A stretch of DNA of 64,000 bases from assembly GCA_037447605.1 (NCBI GenBank), contig CM074807.1, positions 2,552,327-2,616,326 on the forward strand, given 5' to 3'. The notes under the pieces are model-generated. The model saw only the letters and a program-made list of their open reading frames with translations. It was not told the origin of the DNA and ran no database searches. Of this stretch, positions 36,261 through 52,000 are shown one piece after another. Every line of letters starts with the position of its first letter. Positions within the stretch are counted from its first letter, which is position 1. The translations under genes and the position numbers were made by a program. Origin of the DNA: Zygnema circumcarinatum SAG 698-1b. Lineage: Eukaryota; Plantae; Zygnematophyceae.

Positions 36261-39200
36261 TCACTCGTGGGGGCATATGTTGGTTGGACGAGTGATGAGA
36301 GCAGGGTCGTACATGGCCTCCGCATACTTGACCAGGAGCACTGCCCAGTAGAGGGTGCGGCCCCCCCAGGAGCATACCCGCTCTGCCAGAGCATTGGCTG
36401 CCTCGACTATCTTGCGAGCATGCGCATCATGTTTCTGAGCCCATCTCACTTTGGCGGGAAGGTCGGTGAACCTGCAAGAGGAGGGAGGGAGGGAGGGAGG
36501 GAGGGAGGGAGGGAGGGGCTAATCAGCCAGGAAGAATAGGAACGCTACAAGAGTGCCTTCCGGCAGCAGCACACGATTGGAAAGATTGATCTGCAAATAG
36601 CAAAGAGTGTCCAGCACAGCTTGACGGAATCTATGAGGTGATGGAAGGTGGGAAAGAGAGAGTCTTTGTTTGAGACATACGTGCGCTTCACTTGCAGAAT
36701 GTGCACCTTGTCCTCGAGCAGCGGCTCATAGAACTGCAGCACAGCAGGAGTCTGCCTTATTGTGAGCTGGTTAGAGAGCAGCACTCCGCAGGTGCGGCAA
36801 CTACCTCCGCCTCCATCTACAACCACCTGCACATGTACAGTACGATGAAACAACGGGTCAGCATGGAAATGCTAGGAAACTTCAAGCCTTTGACGAACCA
36901 CAGGTCCCATATGGAAATAAGTGACTGGTCAAGATAAAAGGGAGACCAGTCAGATAACGACATGTGAAAGAAATCCCTGTGAATGATCCATGAGCCATAC
37001 GCTTGTTGCAGAATGCGGGTTTTTGAAACAAAAGAAAGGAATCCCTTCCCTTGTGCAAAAAAACAACAAATCCACCTCTGCTTGAAGGTGCAAAAACATC
37101 ATCACCGTCATGCAGGGCATCTTGAGCATGCATGTAAATGATGCAAGATTGCAGTTTACTGGTCGAAGGCATGCGGAGCTCCTCAATGCACAGACACTTA
37201 TCTGATCATGTTGCAAACAACGACGCTCTGTGACCCCTGAGCAGTGTGATGACAAAACGATGGCTGCTGAAACACAAGGAGAGTGGCTGCACCCACCTGA
37301 TACTTAAAATCATTGTAAACGGTGAAGTTCATGTACGTCCCCAACTCCACCCCTTCCTTCTGCATCTCCTCCTGCTCGGGGGGCTCCACGTGGCTCCATC
37401 TCGTGATCCTTGCATCCAAAAGGTCCGGATGTGCATCCGTCAGTCTGTGCAGGCGAACGCGAGGGTTGGCCCCCCAGTTGCCCTCCTTCAAGTGGTAGTT
37501 GGTGGTGGCTCCACGGAACACTGCTCGAGGGGTTTTCAAATCCCATGGTCTCTGCATTTGAACCGCAACGTATGCACTTTCTCATTCAATAGAGGCAGAT
37601 TTCAACTCCGGTCGATGAGGAGGAGCGTTCACCCACAAGTTTAGTTAAGTTTTTTTTTACATGAATAAGGAGGAGGGTTATGTTTTGGGGTGCAGGCAGC
37701 ACACACACCCACCTGCTGGCTGAAGTCGGGAGTATATGAGGGAGTGAGGTCAAGCGCATCGGGAACAAGCACATCCATTGTGTCTGCAGTGGCCCCTGTG
37801 GAGAAGACCGGAAACCCTCCCCGCCCGGGCCAATGCGCGCTGTAGAAGCTCATTGGATGGTCGCAGGTGTTGATGAAAAACTCTACTGTCAGGTCATGAA
37901 GACCATATTTTTCTATGGCGTCCTGCACAGAACAAACCCAAACACAGTTAAGAACATTAGCTTTTCTGTCTGTCTTTTCTCTAATGAAATGGGATTACAC
38001 TTCAGTACAAGAGCAATAGAAACAGCGAACATGGTGTCTCCCAATTTAGTAACAGACAAACATGCTCATGGGCATATATCATTATTTGAAAGCTTCAATC
38101 TAAAGATTAGCCTTTCCAGAAAGGAATGATACGACTTCAAATGAGATTCTGCAAGAGTGGCGGCTCACTTGGATCATTCGGAGGCTCTGCATGAAGCGCA
38201 GAAGTCGATACCAAACAGTGTAGAAGCCGCCATAGCGATAATATAACTCGCCTTGTACGATTTTCACATGGCCACAACACGCCATAAAGAGCCACAGTCT
38301 GCTGACATGCTCCGTTGTTTCAGGCTGAATTGAACCAAATTTGCCTTTCCCAAACGGCTTCGCTCCCTGAAAGCGAAGGCTGAATCTGATTATGAGAACT
38401 TGGGCATCAAACCAACTGCTCTTAAGAACTTAGAGAGCCAAAATTTCTGCAGCTAATCAGCGTTCACAGAATTCTTTTCTCTGCTGCTTTATACCTTGTT
38501 AAAACCTTGACTCTCCATTCAGCTAGATGCGCTTCTCCAACTCCCTGGGCCACAATTCTATCGTGGATACCCCCAAGTATCCAAGGTTCCCTCAACTAGG
38601 TCAACACTTTCTTTGTCAATCCCATTCATACGCCTAGCAACAGTGACGTTTCTGACTCGACTGAAATTCATCACACCAAGACCATGCTATGATAAGAAAG
38701 TAAACTTCCTGCACTAAATGCTTACTGTATCCTGCAAAGTCTGCATTATCATGTTTGCTGTACGGAGGGGCATATTCAGAAAGCGATGAGGCTTAAAACT
38801 AATTACGCTACTTCATGTCGCGAGATAAATGAGTTGTAGAAGGGAACTAGCTAGTTAAGCTCCCGTGAAGGGTATGAAGGCCATCAAATGACATGCCCAG
38901 AGTTGCCGTCTACTATCGGGATAGGTCATATGCACCAGAAAATCACCTTCAAGTCAAACACGAGCCGTCGAACATTATCAAGGACAATAAATGACAGTAT
39001 CTGGTATTGCTTGAAAATGGGAAAGAAGCTCATGTAAAATGGTAGTAAGTCTAGAGGAAATAGACATTCGCTTTCCTTGTGTAGGAGTGAAATCGATGGT
39101 GCATTTGTCCATAGCTACACTAAAGACATACAAATATCATATCGAGCAGTTTTCAAGCCCAGTCGACCTATCAGTTGCAACCAATCGATTAAATCAGCAT

Positions 39201-40227
39201 TATTAACAGAGGTAGCCTTCCATGATTCAAAGTGCAATCTGTCAATGACCAGAGCCTAGCTCCTTTACTCCCGAAAATTGATGCTGATTTAGGGCGTTCA
39301 GCTGACTTCTGATAAATTTATGATATGCACACTATGCAGAATCAACATGAAAAACCCGCGAGAAGTCTTAATTCAGGTTCCCTTTTATAATGCACGCAAA
39401 TGGTTTTGCGAAATAGACTAGCAAAAGTCATACAGAAGAGCGCTTTCCAATAGCAATTCCACTCTGAACTAAAAGTGTGTAGGGCAGCAAGTAGCTTCTA
39501 TACCCTAAACGGAAATGACGAGGGCGTTGCTACTTGGGGAACAGTAGAGTCCGAAACAGAAAAGTTACTTCACAGCTCACTTCCATGACTTATGCGCTGC
39601 TTGCTTCTACAATGACTGACTCATCTGAAGGATAACGGCAAAGAAGCTGTTGCCGCGACACGCGCACTTCTCCTCTCTTTCATTTCCCTTTTAGAAAAGC
39701 CTCCGCTTTGCTGCGTTTACTGCACTTTTTATTCTTTAAATAGCGCTTACGTTCACAGTATTTGCTCATTGACGAGAGTTTGGCGAGAAACGAGGCTATT
39801 TCGATGCAAAGGAGTCCGGCGTCACCTTGACAGGAAGCCACGGCGCCAAGTAGTTGTTCAACAGATTCGCATAATCCAGGACCATCGCCTCTGACTGATT
39901 GAAATACCGCGAAGCCGCGCCCATAATCTCGCCAACGTCCTCCTCCAAATCGACCTCCGCCTCGCACGACTCCTCATCATAATCGTATAAAAAACTAATA
40001 TTTCCGCGCGCAACAAACTCCCCAAAGCCTATATATACAAACATCACTGCAAGCAGCACGAACAGAGCAATTGTAACTAGCAGGGAGCTCCTTCGCCTCC
40101 TACTCGGCCCCCATGTCCTCCCTGCCCTCTCTGCTGCCACATCACTATCTTCTTCTGTGCTAAACTCTAAGTCTGTATCCTTAACAACTATGCCATTCGC
40201 TCGCATCTGCGGCGACCCGATCGCCAT
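36261..40227 (-). CDS. Glycosyltransferase family 90 (CAP10/KDELC/Rumi-like) type II membrane protein
   Basis: ATG 40227; N-terminal TM (LLVTIALFVLLAVMFVYIGF) after a basic RRRR; exons encoding HVKIVQGELY, VEFFINTCDHP, FPVFS...DVLVPD, PWDLKTPRAVFRGATT, PRVRL...PDLLDARIT, FKYQ...DGGG.SCR, FYEPLL...H, RWAQKHDAHARKIVEAA; stop at 36261-36263. Confidence 0.78.
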
Positions 40228-41001
40228 TCCCCCTCCCTTCCTCCCCTTCCCTCACCCCTCGCCCTCTCTCTCTCCAGAGTGCTCTACCCTCCTACCCTCC
40301 CTCCCCACAGTGCAGGCCCGCGTGGTTTCTCCGGGCACCCGATGACGTCAGCTGACAGCCCCAAACACTAACGATCCCTCCCCAAAAGGCCCCGTCCGTA
40401 CCGTACAGAGTTCTTGGACAGGCTGGTCACCAGCTGGCAGACCCGCAAGCGACAAAACAGGGACACGCGCATTCTCACTCGCTAGAAAAGGCGGAACTGA
40501 GCCCTGCCTGTCGGCTGACAACGTGACAAACTGGATGTACGGAGAATCGTAAACATAATTTCTTGTCCTTTTCTCCCCGCGGCTCGCTGGGCGGGTGGGG
40601 GCAGGCGCCGGGCCCAGCCCGCCGCAGGTCGCGGTGACGTCACGCGGGCGGGGATTGAGCGCGCGCTGGTGCAAGCGCCGCCGAGTCGAGTCGAGTCGAG
40701 TCGAGTCGGAGTCGCGGTACCCTGCAGTGCAGGGTTTTGCGCTTTAGGGCAAAACTTTAGGGCTCGCGGGCGTCAGAGAGGAGAGGACGAGAGGAGTGGG
40801 AGAGGGGAGAGAGAGAAAGAGAGAGCGAGGGGTGGATGGGGGAGAGGGGGGAGAGAGGGAGTGAGAGAGAGTAGAGAGAGGAGAGATAGAGGAAAGAGAA
40901 CGCGGGGGGGAGGGAAGTGAGTGAGAGAGAGGAGAGAAGAGAAGAGAGAGAACGAAGGAGAAGAGGGGAGATTGGGAGAGCGAGAGTGAGAGAGAGGGGA
41001 A

Positions 41002-44605
<3,604 letters not shown>

Positions 44606-44879
44606 GTTCTCCTTCATTGGTTGACAGAAGGGATGAGGTCATATCAGATCAGTTGAGGGAAGGGAAGGTTTGGAAGCAGAACAGTAGGACAGGTGTACGT
44701 AGACCCGTTACATTGTACAGATTCGTAATTCCTCCATGAACTGACAACTGAGCTCAACATATACCACCGAATTTGCGGCATTGTACATTGCTTTTCGATA
44801 AGCTCGCTGTCCATTAAAGGTTCTTTGATATTGAGGGCTGAGAGTCAGAAGGTAAAAAATTCAGAATTTACAGAATTTT

Positions 44880-44991
44880 TTGTCCTTTCTTCCCGCGGCT
44901 CGATGGGCGGGCGGCGGCGGAGGTGACGTCACGCGGGCGGGGTTTCAGTACGCGCTTGTGCAAGCGCCGCCGAGTCGAGTCGGAGTCGCGG
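44880..44991 (+). promoter_or_regulatory. Copy of the RAE1 upstream module (homologous to 40563-40717) upstream of the glycosylase-like gene
   Basis: Shared blocks TTGTCCTTT..CCCGCGGCTCG.TGGGCGGG, GGTGACGTCACGCGGGCGGGG, GTGCAAGCGCCGCCGAGTCGAG, TCGGAGTCGCGG in the same order and orientation. Confidence 0.8.
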
Positions 44992-45001
44992 AGGACCATT
45001 A

Positions 45002-45208
45002 GGGGGGGTCAGACTTAACACATGGCCAAATCGATAATTTAGTAAGCCTTTCGGGCGAATTAAGCATTGGCTAGGTACGCATTTCGGTACGGCTAACTTA
45101 GGCAAAGCTGCGGATCCCAACTCGAAATTCGTACACGAAAAAAAAGTGACTTTTCGTATACTGAATTCGGGAATTTCGTACGCTCCACGCCTAAGTCTGA
45201 CCCCCCCC
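45002..45208. mobile_element. MITE-like element 1, TIR G7-8TCAGACTTA
   Basis: GGGGGGGTCAGACTTA at 45002 and TAAGTCTGACCCCCCCC ending at 45208; TA on the left, TT on the right; internal TTCGTA motifs. Confidence 0.75.
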
Positions 45209-45220
45209 TTGTTATTATTA

Positions 45221-45377
45221 GGGGGTGTCAGACTTAAAAAATTTCAGTACGCGTGTTCGTAAGTTTGACATCAGAACGAGTACTCCAGTATAATCGCGAT
45301 CCTCCTGCGGCGGAGTACTTTCGTAACCTTTTTTTTCGTAACGCTTTTCGTAAGATTTTGTTAAGTCTGACACCCTC
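45221..45377. mobile_element. MITE-like element 2, TIR G(G/A)GGGTGTCAGACTTAA, TA flanks
   Basis: GGGGGTGTCAGACTTAA at 45221 and TTAAGTCTGACACCCTC ending at 45377 (16/17 match); TA on both sides; internal TTCGTA motifs. Confidence 0.8.
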
Positions 45378-45738
45378 TATTGTTGGAGTCACATATAGCG
45401 TGCGGGTGGGCGGGCGTCGCGGAACGAACTTGCAGTTGGAGAATGTAGGGTTGAATTTGGGGCGGGCGGGAATGGGCGCGTGGGCGAGCGGTGAAGGGGA
45501 GAGAGGGAAAGGAAGCGGCGCAGTTTCAGAGTTAAGGGAGCACCCATGCATTCATGTATGCATGCATGCATGCCCTGGGAGGGCCCAGGCTATGTAGGGT
45601 TTGGAAGTCTACACCTTTTCAACTTTGATGCACTCTTATGAAGTGAAGTTGCGCATAAACTTTGATGATTCTGGCGTCGCTTTCGTAATAGTCAACGCCG
45701 ATGCGCAGTCACAGGCATTCGTGGAAACAGCAGAAGCC

Positions 45739-47492
45739 ATGAAGCGCATGTCCATGCCAGCATCCTTAACATCATCATCATCATCATCATTCGTTCCATT
45801 AAAAGCAGCAGTTTTATCTCCTCGGGAATCATCTCTATCGCCATCAACATCACCAACCTTACCCGCATTCAGATCATCGTCATCGTCTTTTCGGAGCCCT
45901 TTCTTAAGGGCTCGATTTGCAAAAACCATGGCCCATTTTGGTCAAAAAATTCTTAAAGAAAAAACGGCGAAATATTTGCCGGATTTCACTGTGAGGTCTT
46001 TGAACACGTTCCTTCCGTACGAAGATTTCAAGCAATCCGTGAAGTGCTTGGACAGCAGGCGTCTTGGAAAACAGGTACGCGTGTTGTGCTGCTTGAACTT
46101 CAACGGAAGTTTGCAGTTTTTTTAGGGTTAGGGTTTCGCCCATACCCTTTTCTTTCTCCTACTTTTTATCGACTCCGGACATCCCTCGGCAAACCTTGAC
46201 ACACTTCTTGCCGAAAACCTTATAATGTGTTAACAAATAGCGAAATCCTGAAAAATCGAATACATCACTTAACCCTAAAAATCGGAGATATGGAGGACCC
46301 TAAAGACTGAGGAAGTGTCAGATGGAGCAGAGTGCAGTTCTGCTGCTCTGCAGCAAAACTGAAAACGGACATGGAACCGTGCAGAGCAGCGCGTAGAGGC
46401 TCGACAAATTCTGAATGTCATCACGGAGGCTTCTAAGAGCAACGCATGGCGCAACAGCCCTGCGGTCAGTGCTCCTCTCTCTCTGTCTCTGTCTCTGTCT
46501 GTCTGTCTGTCTGGTCTCTCTCTCCCTTTTCCCTCTCCTTTCCCTCCTTTCTCCAATTGTCTAGTCCCCCGATCCCTCTCCCCCTCCCTTCCTCGCTTTC
46601 TTCTCTCTCTCTCTCGCTCTCTGTCCCTCCATTTTTTTTCTCTCTTCCGCTCTTTCTCCCTCTCCCGCCCACTCATTCTACACTTCCCTCTCCCTTCCTA
46701 TTCCCTACATCCTCGCTCTCCCTGCGAACCCTTAACAGTCTCTCGATCCTTCCCCTTCCCCTTCTCTCTCTCCCTCTACTTTCTTCCCCTCCCTCCTTTC
46801 GCCTGCGGTTCCCTCGCCTTCCTTCCTCCTCTCTCCTCCCTCTTTTCTGCTTTTCTCTATATACCTCCCACTCCCTCTCCTCCCCTCCCCTCCCCTCCCC
46901 TCCCCAAATCTCCCCCCTCCGAGCCCCACCAAAACAAACTACTTTTGGATCTCACCATTTCTTTGGTGATCCACGGCCTTATGAAATCACAAAACGAACT
47001 GAAACAGTAACAGAGAACGTGGAACTGGGCCTGCAGGTCAGAATGTGGCGAGGCCACCCCCTGGCTCTCATGCTCTACTACAACGAGTGTTTGCAAGAAT
47101 GGAAAAATCGCGGATTTCGAAACATTCTCCTCCTCCCTTCTGAAGTAGAGGAGAAGGACATCTCTATGCCCCCATGGCTGGGTACGTCACAGTCCACATT
47201 TTCTCAGAGTTGATCCATTTCTCCCCCCTTTTCTTCTTTTTTAATAAAATTTGATTGTATTCTTACCACGCGGCACAGGCTGGCATGATATGATGTGTGA
47301 TCTGATGCATGTGCAGGAGATGAGCGTCTACATGCTTCACATCGCTCGAATCTGCTCCGTAAAGATCCGTTGTACTATGCGCAGTTTGGCTGGAAGGAGC
47401 CTCCAGATTTGCCTTACGTCTGGCCCGTGCCCTTGAATCTCCCCCCTGCAAAGCAAGGCAAGGCGCTGCAAAAAGATGAAGAGAAGAAGTGA
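45739..47492 (+). CDS. Pyrimidine-dimer DNA glycosylase / endonuclease V-like protein (MSMEG_6728-type) with N-terminal organellar presequence
   Basis: Exons 45739-46074, 46390-46464, 47037-47181, 47317-47492 give 243 aa. Core LNTFLPYEDFKQSVKCLDSRRLGKQRVEARQIL...WRNSPAVRMWRGH...EWKNRGFRN...MPPWLGDERLHASHRSNLLRKDPLYY...DLPYVWP matches the recalled MQTFLPY..D.RRLGKQRVE..HPA..MW.G..PPWLG...H.SH.S.L.RKDP..Y..LPYVWP pattern. The first 87 aa are Ser/Pro/Arg-rich. Confidence 0.85.
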
Positions 47493-48110
47493 GCGGGTTC
47501 ACGGAAATGTCCTGAAACGTAAACAAGTGTACGGCACGTTTTTTTCCTGTATTTGTAATTTTTTAGATATATATGGTCCCTCCCTCCGTCCCTCATTGAC
47601 TATAAGATAGGCACTCATATGAGCAGAGGCTTTGTGTAGAACAGGAACTGAGAGGCGAGCAGAGGCCATTTGTGCAAAGTATCTCCTCGACTTTGTGTTT
47701 TGGATGCGCCGTGTTCTCTCCTTTTCCTCTCCCTCTCCCACTTTCCCCTTTCCTTTCTCTCTCCCTACCAAAATTGCTACCTTCCAATATCCAATACACG
47801 GCGAATCCTAATCTTGAAACCTCGCTGTCTCCCAGCCAAGTGTCGATCATCAGGTTCGACTGAATTTGGATTTTTGAATGATCGGCGGCTTCACCTTCGC
47901 AAACCCTCCCTCTCTCTCTCTCGCTTTCTCTCTGTCTGTCTGTCTGGTCTCTCTCTCTGTCTCTCTCTCTCTCTCTCTCCCTCCATTTTTTTTCTCTTCC
48001 GCTCTTTTTCCCTCTCCCGCCCACTCATTCTGCGCTTCCTCTCCCTTCCTATTCCTTACATCCGCGCTCTCCCTGCGAACCCTTAACATTCTCTCGATTT
48101 TCTCCCTTTC
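46490..48110 (+). repeat. Two direct copies of a pyrimidine-rich dispersed repeat (46490-46760 in intron 2; 47930-48110 downstream)
   Basis: Shared complex core CCCTCCATTTTTTTT...CTCCCGCCCACTCATTCT...CCCTTCCTATTCC.TACATCC.CGCTCTCCCTGCGAACCCTTAACA.TCTCTCGAT, roughly 125 bp at high identity, preceded by (CTGT)n-CTGG-TCTC in both copies. Confidence 0.85.
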
Positions 48111-49069
48111 CTCTCCATCTCCCTCTTCCTCTCCTCTCTCTCTCCCAATGATATTTTCTGAATTCTGCTATAAACATTTTTCCATGTTTCAGCCATTGTT
48201 TTGAATCATGAATCTGAATCTGAATCATTTTCGGAATTATGCAATGAGAATATTCCATGCTTTAGCTATTTTTTAAACTATCCTCTGAAAATCTTGCATG
48301 TTTGAGCTATTTTCGAAATTTCAAGTCCTTGTTCAGTGTTGGGCTGAAAAACGCTTATGTGTCCATTCTTTTCTTGGATTGTAAGCTGAAAAAAGAACAC
48401 GAAACGCCTAAAATATGAACCATTTTCAGAGCAGAGATGAAGAAACGGGCTGAACGGCTGCCGTCCTGAAAGTCGTCCTCCATGTTAATTTACATTACAA
48501 AAAAATGAAAGTTATGAGTTTCAATTATTGAGAAGGGTTGGCTGCCTGAAAGTCCGCCATGTTTACGCCAATGTTTGAAGTGTGCGCTGCCATTTGGTAC
48601 TGAACTGAACCACGCGTTCAAGTGCAGCCTTTCCTGCCCTCACTCACTCTGAATGGGCGGAGAGGCGTCCCCGCCCTGCCCGTGTTGCGGCTTCGGCTCC
48701 ACCGCGAGGCCGAGAGGGAAGGCAGGAAGCCGTGAACCAAAGCGAGCCGGCAATTCGGCATACGCCGCAGGTCCTGGGCCTCGCCACCAAATGGGGCCAA
48801 GATCGTAAATAATAAGTAGAAAGTAATAGCACCAGCAATAGAGGGGGGCGCTAAAATTAGCGGAGGGAGGGGCGGAGGGAGGGAAGGCAGAGGGGAGGCG
48901 GAGCGGGGAGGAAGGGGAGGGAAGGGAGAGAGATACCGACTGGGGGAGGGGGAAATCGCGGATCGGAACGGGTCGGAAAGAACGGAACGGAACGAAACGG
49001 CGGAGGCCTCAAGAGTCGTCCGTACGGCTAGCTCATGGCCGGGAGGGGGAAGGAGGAGGAGCAGGCGCC

Positions 49070-52000
49070 ATGGCGGAGGAGGGAGGCGACAGGTCCAGCG
49101 AGGACGGCTCGCTGAGTGTTGAGGAGGACGAGGAGGTGCGGTTCTTAGTCAGAGAGGGAATTGAAGGTGGAGCCGTTGGAGGGGGCCATCTTGGCCCTGC
49201 TCGCACGCAGGCTTGCTCCCGGAGTGGGAGGAGTAGGATGTGCTGGAATATAGAAATTATGTCAGATACCTGTCGAAGTGGTCAGGGAAAAATTGTGGTA
49301 AAGATATTGACGGAGTGTTTGATGTTTTTTTTTTAGGGTTGGTCTATTACAGGAGGTCGTAAACGAGCAGGTGAATGACGCGCCGTTTGAAGTTCTTCAA
49401 AAACTTCGCAGTCTCGGGGAGAGTGGGAGGGCAGCGTGGAACCGCGCGGGCTCGCGTCCGTTGAAGCGTGATAACAAAAATAGGTGCGTTTGTGCATTTC
49501 TGAGGGCTGGCAAGGCTATGAGGATGCGCAGAGCATGAATTTTCTCATACTGTTTGTCTTGGCGGCTACAATTATTTTAGGGTTTGTACTCATAGGAGCA
49601 TTTTTTTTTGTTTCAGGAGCATACAAATGCATGTGGAGTAGTGGGGTGCGGACAGGCATGAATGAACAATTCGAGATAAGAGAGACAGTGAACACTCTCT
49701 ACTGCTCCTTTGGCTTGCCCTAAGCATAGCCAGCGATTTTAGGGATCACGGTGGGAAAAGTGGAAAAAGCTTCCACATCTCGGAAGCTGAATATTTTGGA
49801 ATAGGGCGTGTAAACCTCTTCGAGAATCATTTCGAACACAATACTTTCGGATAGGAATCTTACTTCGAAATTCGCTGGAGTCCTTGTACTAGTTTCGAAT
49901 ACTGCATTTTCGGGAAATGTCGGAGCTTGACACGCCCTAATGTGGAACACCACTGCTGTTTCGTGGCATCTAATAAATGTCTTAAGGTTCTGTACTCGAT
50001 GTGTATGCATGCCGTTATGGGACTGACACCATGCATAGATGCTACCGTTCAGAGTTTTCATAGGCTCTCGTCATGAAGCATCAACGCGAAATTATGGCTT
50101 TTCTTTTGTTAGGCCTACTTGTGACTTAATTTTCTTACCTCTCGTTGGTGAAATTTGTTCTCTCCTTTATCCCTAGACCAAACTCTTGGAGCATATTCCG
50201 TTCCGTATGTTCCGAGCGTACTTAACATGAGCGTAGCTTTGGAGTGCTATCATTATCGATCGTTCACTTTTCTCATAGAACTCTGCTACCCGTCAGCTTC
50301 AATGTGAAGCTGCCCTTATATACAGGGTTCCTTCAATTGTTAATCGTATTCACTCTTTCTATGAGTCCCCTGTTGATTCAACAAAAGTTGTTGTTGACAT
50401 ATTCGATCTAGGATCTCTCAATTTTCCTTCCACTCAATTTTCCTGATTTCTGATCTTCCTGATTTGAGGCTTCTTTTGCCTCTTTGAGAGGACGTTTCAA
50501 CGCTTGAGTGACTAAGTGGATTGTTTGAAGACTTAATCAGCCTTTTATGGTGAGGGCCCTTATGACAGGCCTCAGGAGCTGCCTTCAAAGCGACCTGTCC
50601 CTCGTCTCCGCAAAGTGATTGAAGCCCCTTCAAAGGTGCAATTTGACCAATGATTTCTTGCACAACTCACATGTCCCGTGGAAAGCTTCGTGTGTGTTGG
50701 ACGCTGTTTTAGACCTCACAGAAGCTCTGTCAAACTGCTGCTTTTCTCAAACCTCGCATGAAACATTACTCACAGGGAATCTGTCGTTGAGTTCAGTATT
50801 CATGCACTGTTTTCACTTCTTCCTTAGGATTGTTACAGAGAGTTTTAGATATTTGGCATGAACTTGAGGAATATTTTCTCACTGTTATGTTTCTAGTTGT
50901 GGTGATGCCAAACACTGAGATAGGATGTCCACCTTTTTGTCAAAACTGCTTGACACACACCTACATTCAGTCTGTTTGTATCACCCGTTACAAAAGTGAA
51001 GCCCGTCGGTTTACACGGGTTTCATCAGATTTCTTCTCTCTGTTGTCTTGTCTGTCAAGCTGCTTGATAGGGATCAAAATTCATGTTGGCAGTAGAGACT
51101 CCTAGATACATGAAAATATTTCTGGCGAGTTTTGTTGATGACAAGGAACGAGAAAGCCTCTGCTTTCTTTCTGTTTGTATGATGGACTCACGAAGCCTTC
51201 ACTGCAACTTTAGCATAGGGATGATGACGTCAATGGTCTGGACCTCAATCTCTTTCTCTATCTCTTCCTCGTCTCTTTCTTCTTATCTCCCTTTAGATCG
51301 CATCATAAGCGCATGTTTAGTTACCTCCATTCCATGAGGGTGCAATGACCTCCTGTTCCACTCCTCAGATGTCGAATTTCTGAGCGAAGGCTGGGCGGGA
51401 GTGCTTCATTCAGGTTGTGCGAGATCCACGTTTTGAGAGCCTTTGTGGAGAGCTGGATGAGAGCAGGTGAATGAATAGCAGACATACGCTGCTTCTTTCT
51501 GTTAACTGTTCTCTCTATGCAACTCTGCAAGCACAACAGATTCCTCCTTGCTCATTTTGTGCTATTGGCTGGGGACAACAGGTTTAAGGCAGCGTATGGG
51601 TTCCTGTATACAGAGAATCTGCCTGAAGAGCGGCAGGTGTGAAGTTCAACCCGCTTTAACTTTGTTTCCTTATGGCTCTATGAGTTGTGTTGAGTTGCAC
51701 GTGCAATTAGCGTGGAGCATTTTTTGCTGTGTGGGAGTTTTGCTTGAGCTGTCTCCCTTTCAGGTTGTATTGCAATGTTGCTGATATTTCCAGCCTGATG
51801 ATTATCGGGCCCTTCCTTTTCTGCTTCTCAGAAGCTACAGAAGCTATTGAAGAAAGAGAAGGACGCTACACGACGAGAAGAACATAAGCTCGCTCTCAAG
51901 AGCATTGTGAGTGTCACTCGAGGGCCCTCATGGGGGATGAGTCTTTGAAAGTAGCAGAAGAGGATGCTTCTATAGTCTGCGGATGTTGTTGGTCAGCATT

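Noticed and set aside
48540-48800. RNase P/MRP RNA-like motifs (GAAAGTCC at ~48548; ACCAAATGGGGCC at ~48788)
   Set aside because: P4 pairing is incomplete, the GAAAGTC motif is part of a short local direct repeat and no snRNA-type promoter was seen; an Infernal scan would settle it.
49484-51540. Possible nested antisense gene in the long RRP36 introns
   Set aside because: Stops in all frames and no recognisable motifs; the apparently missing RRP36 exons were found at 50569-50635 and 51414-51466.
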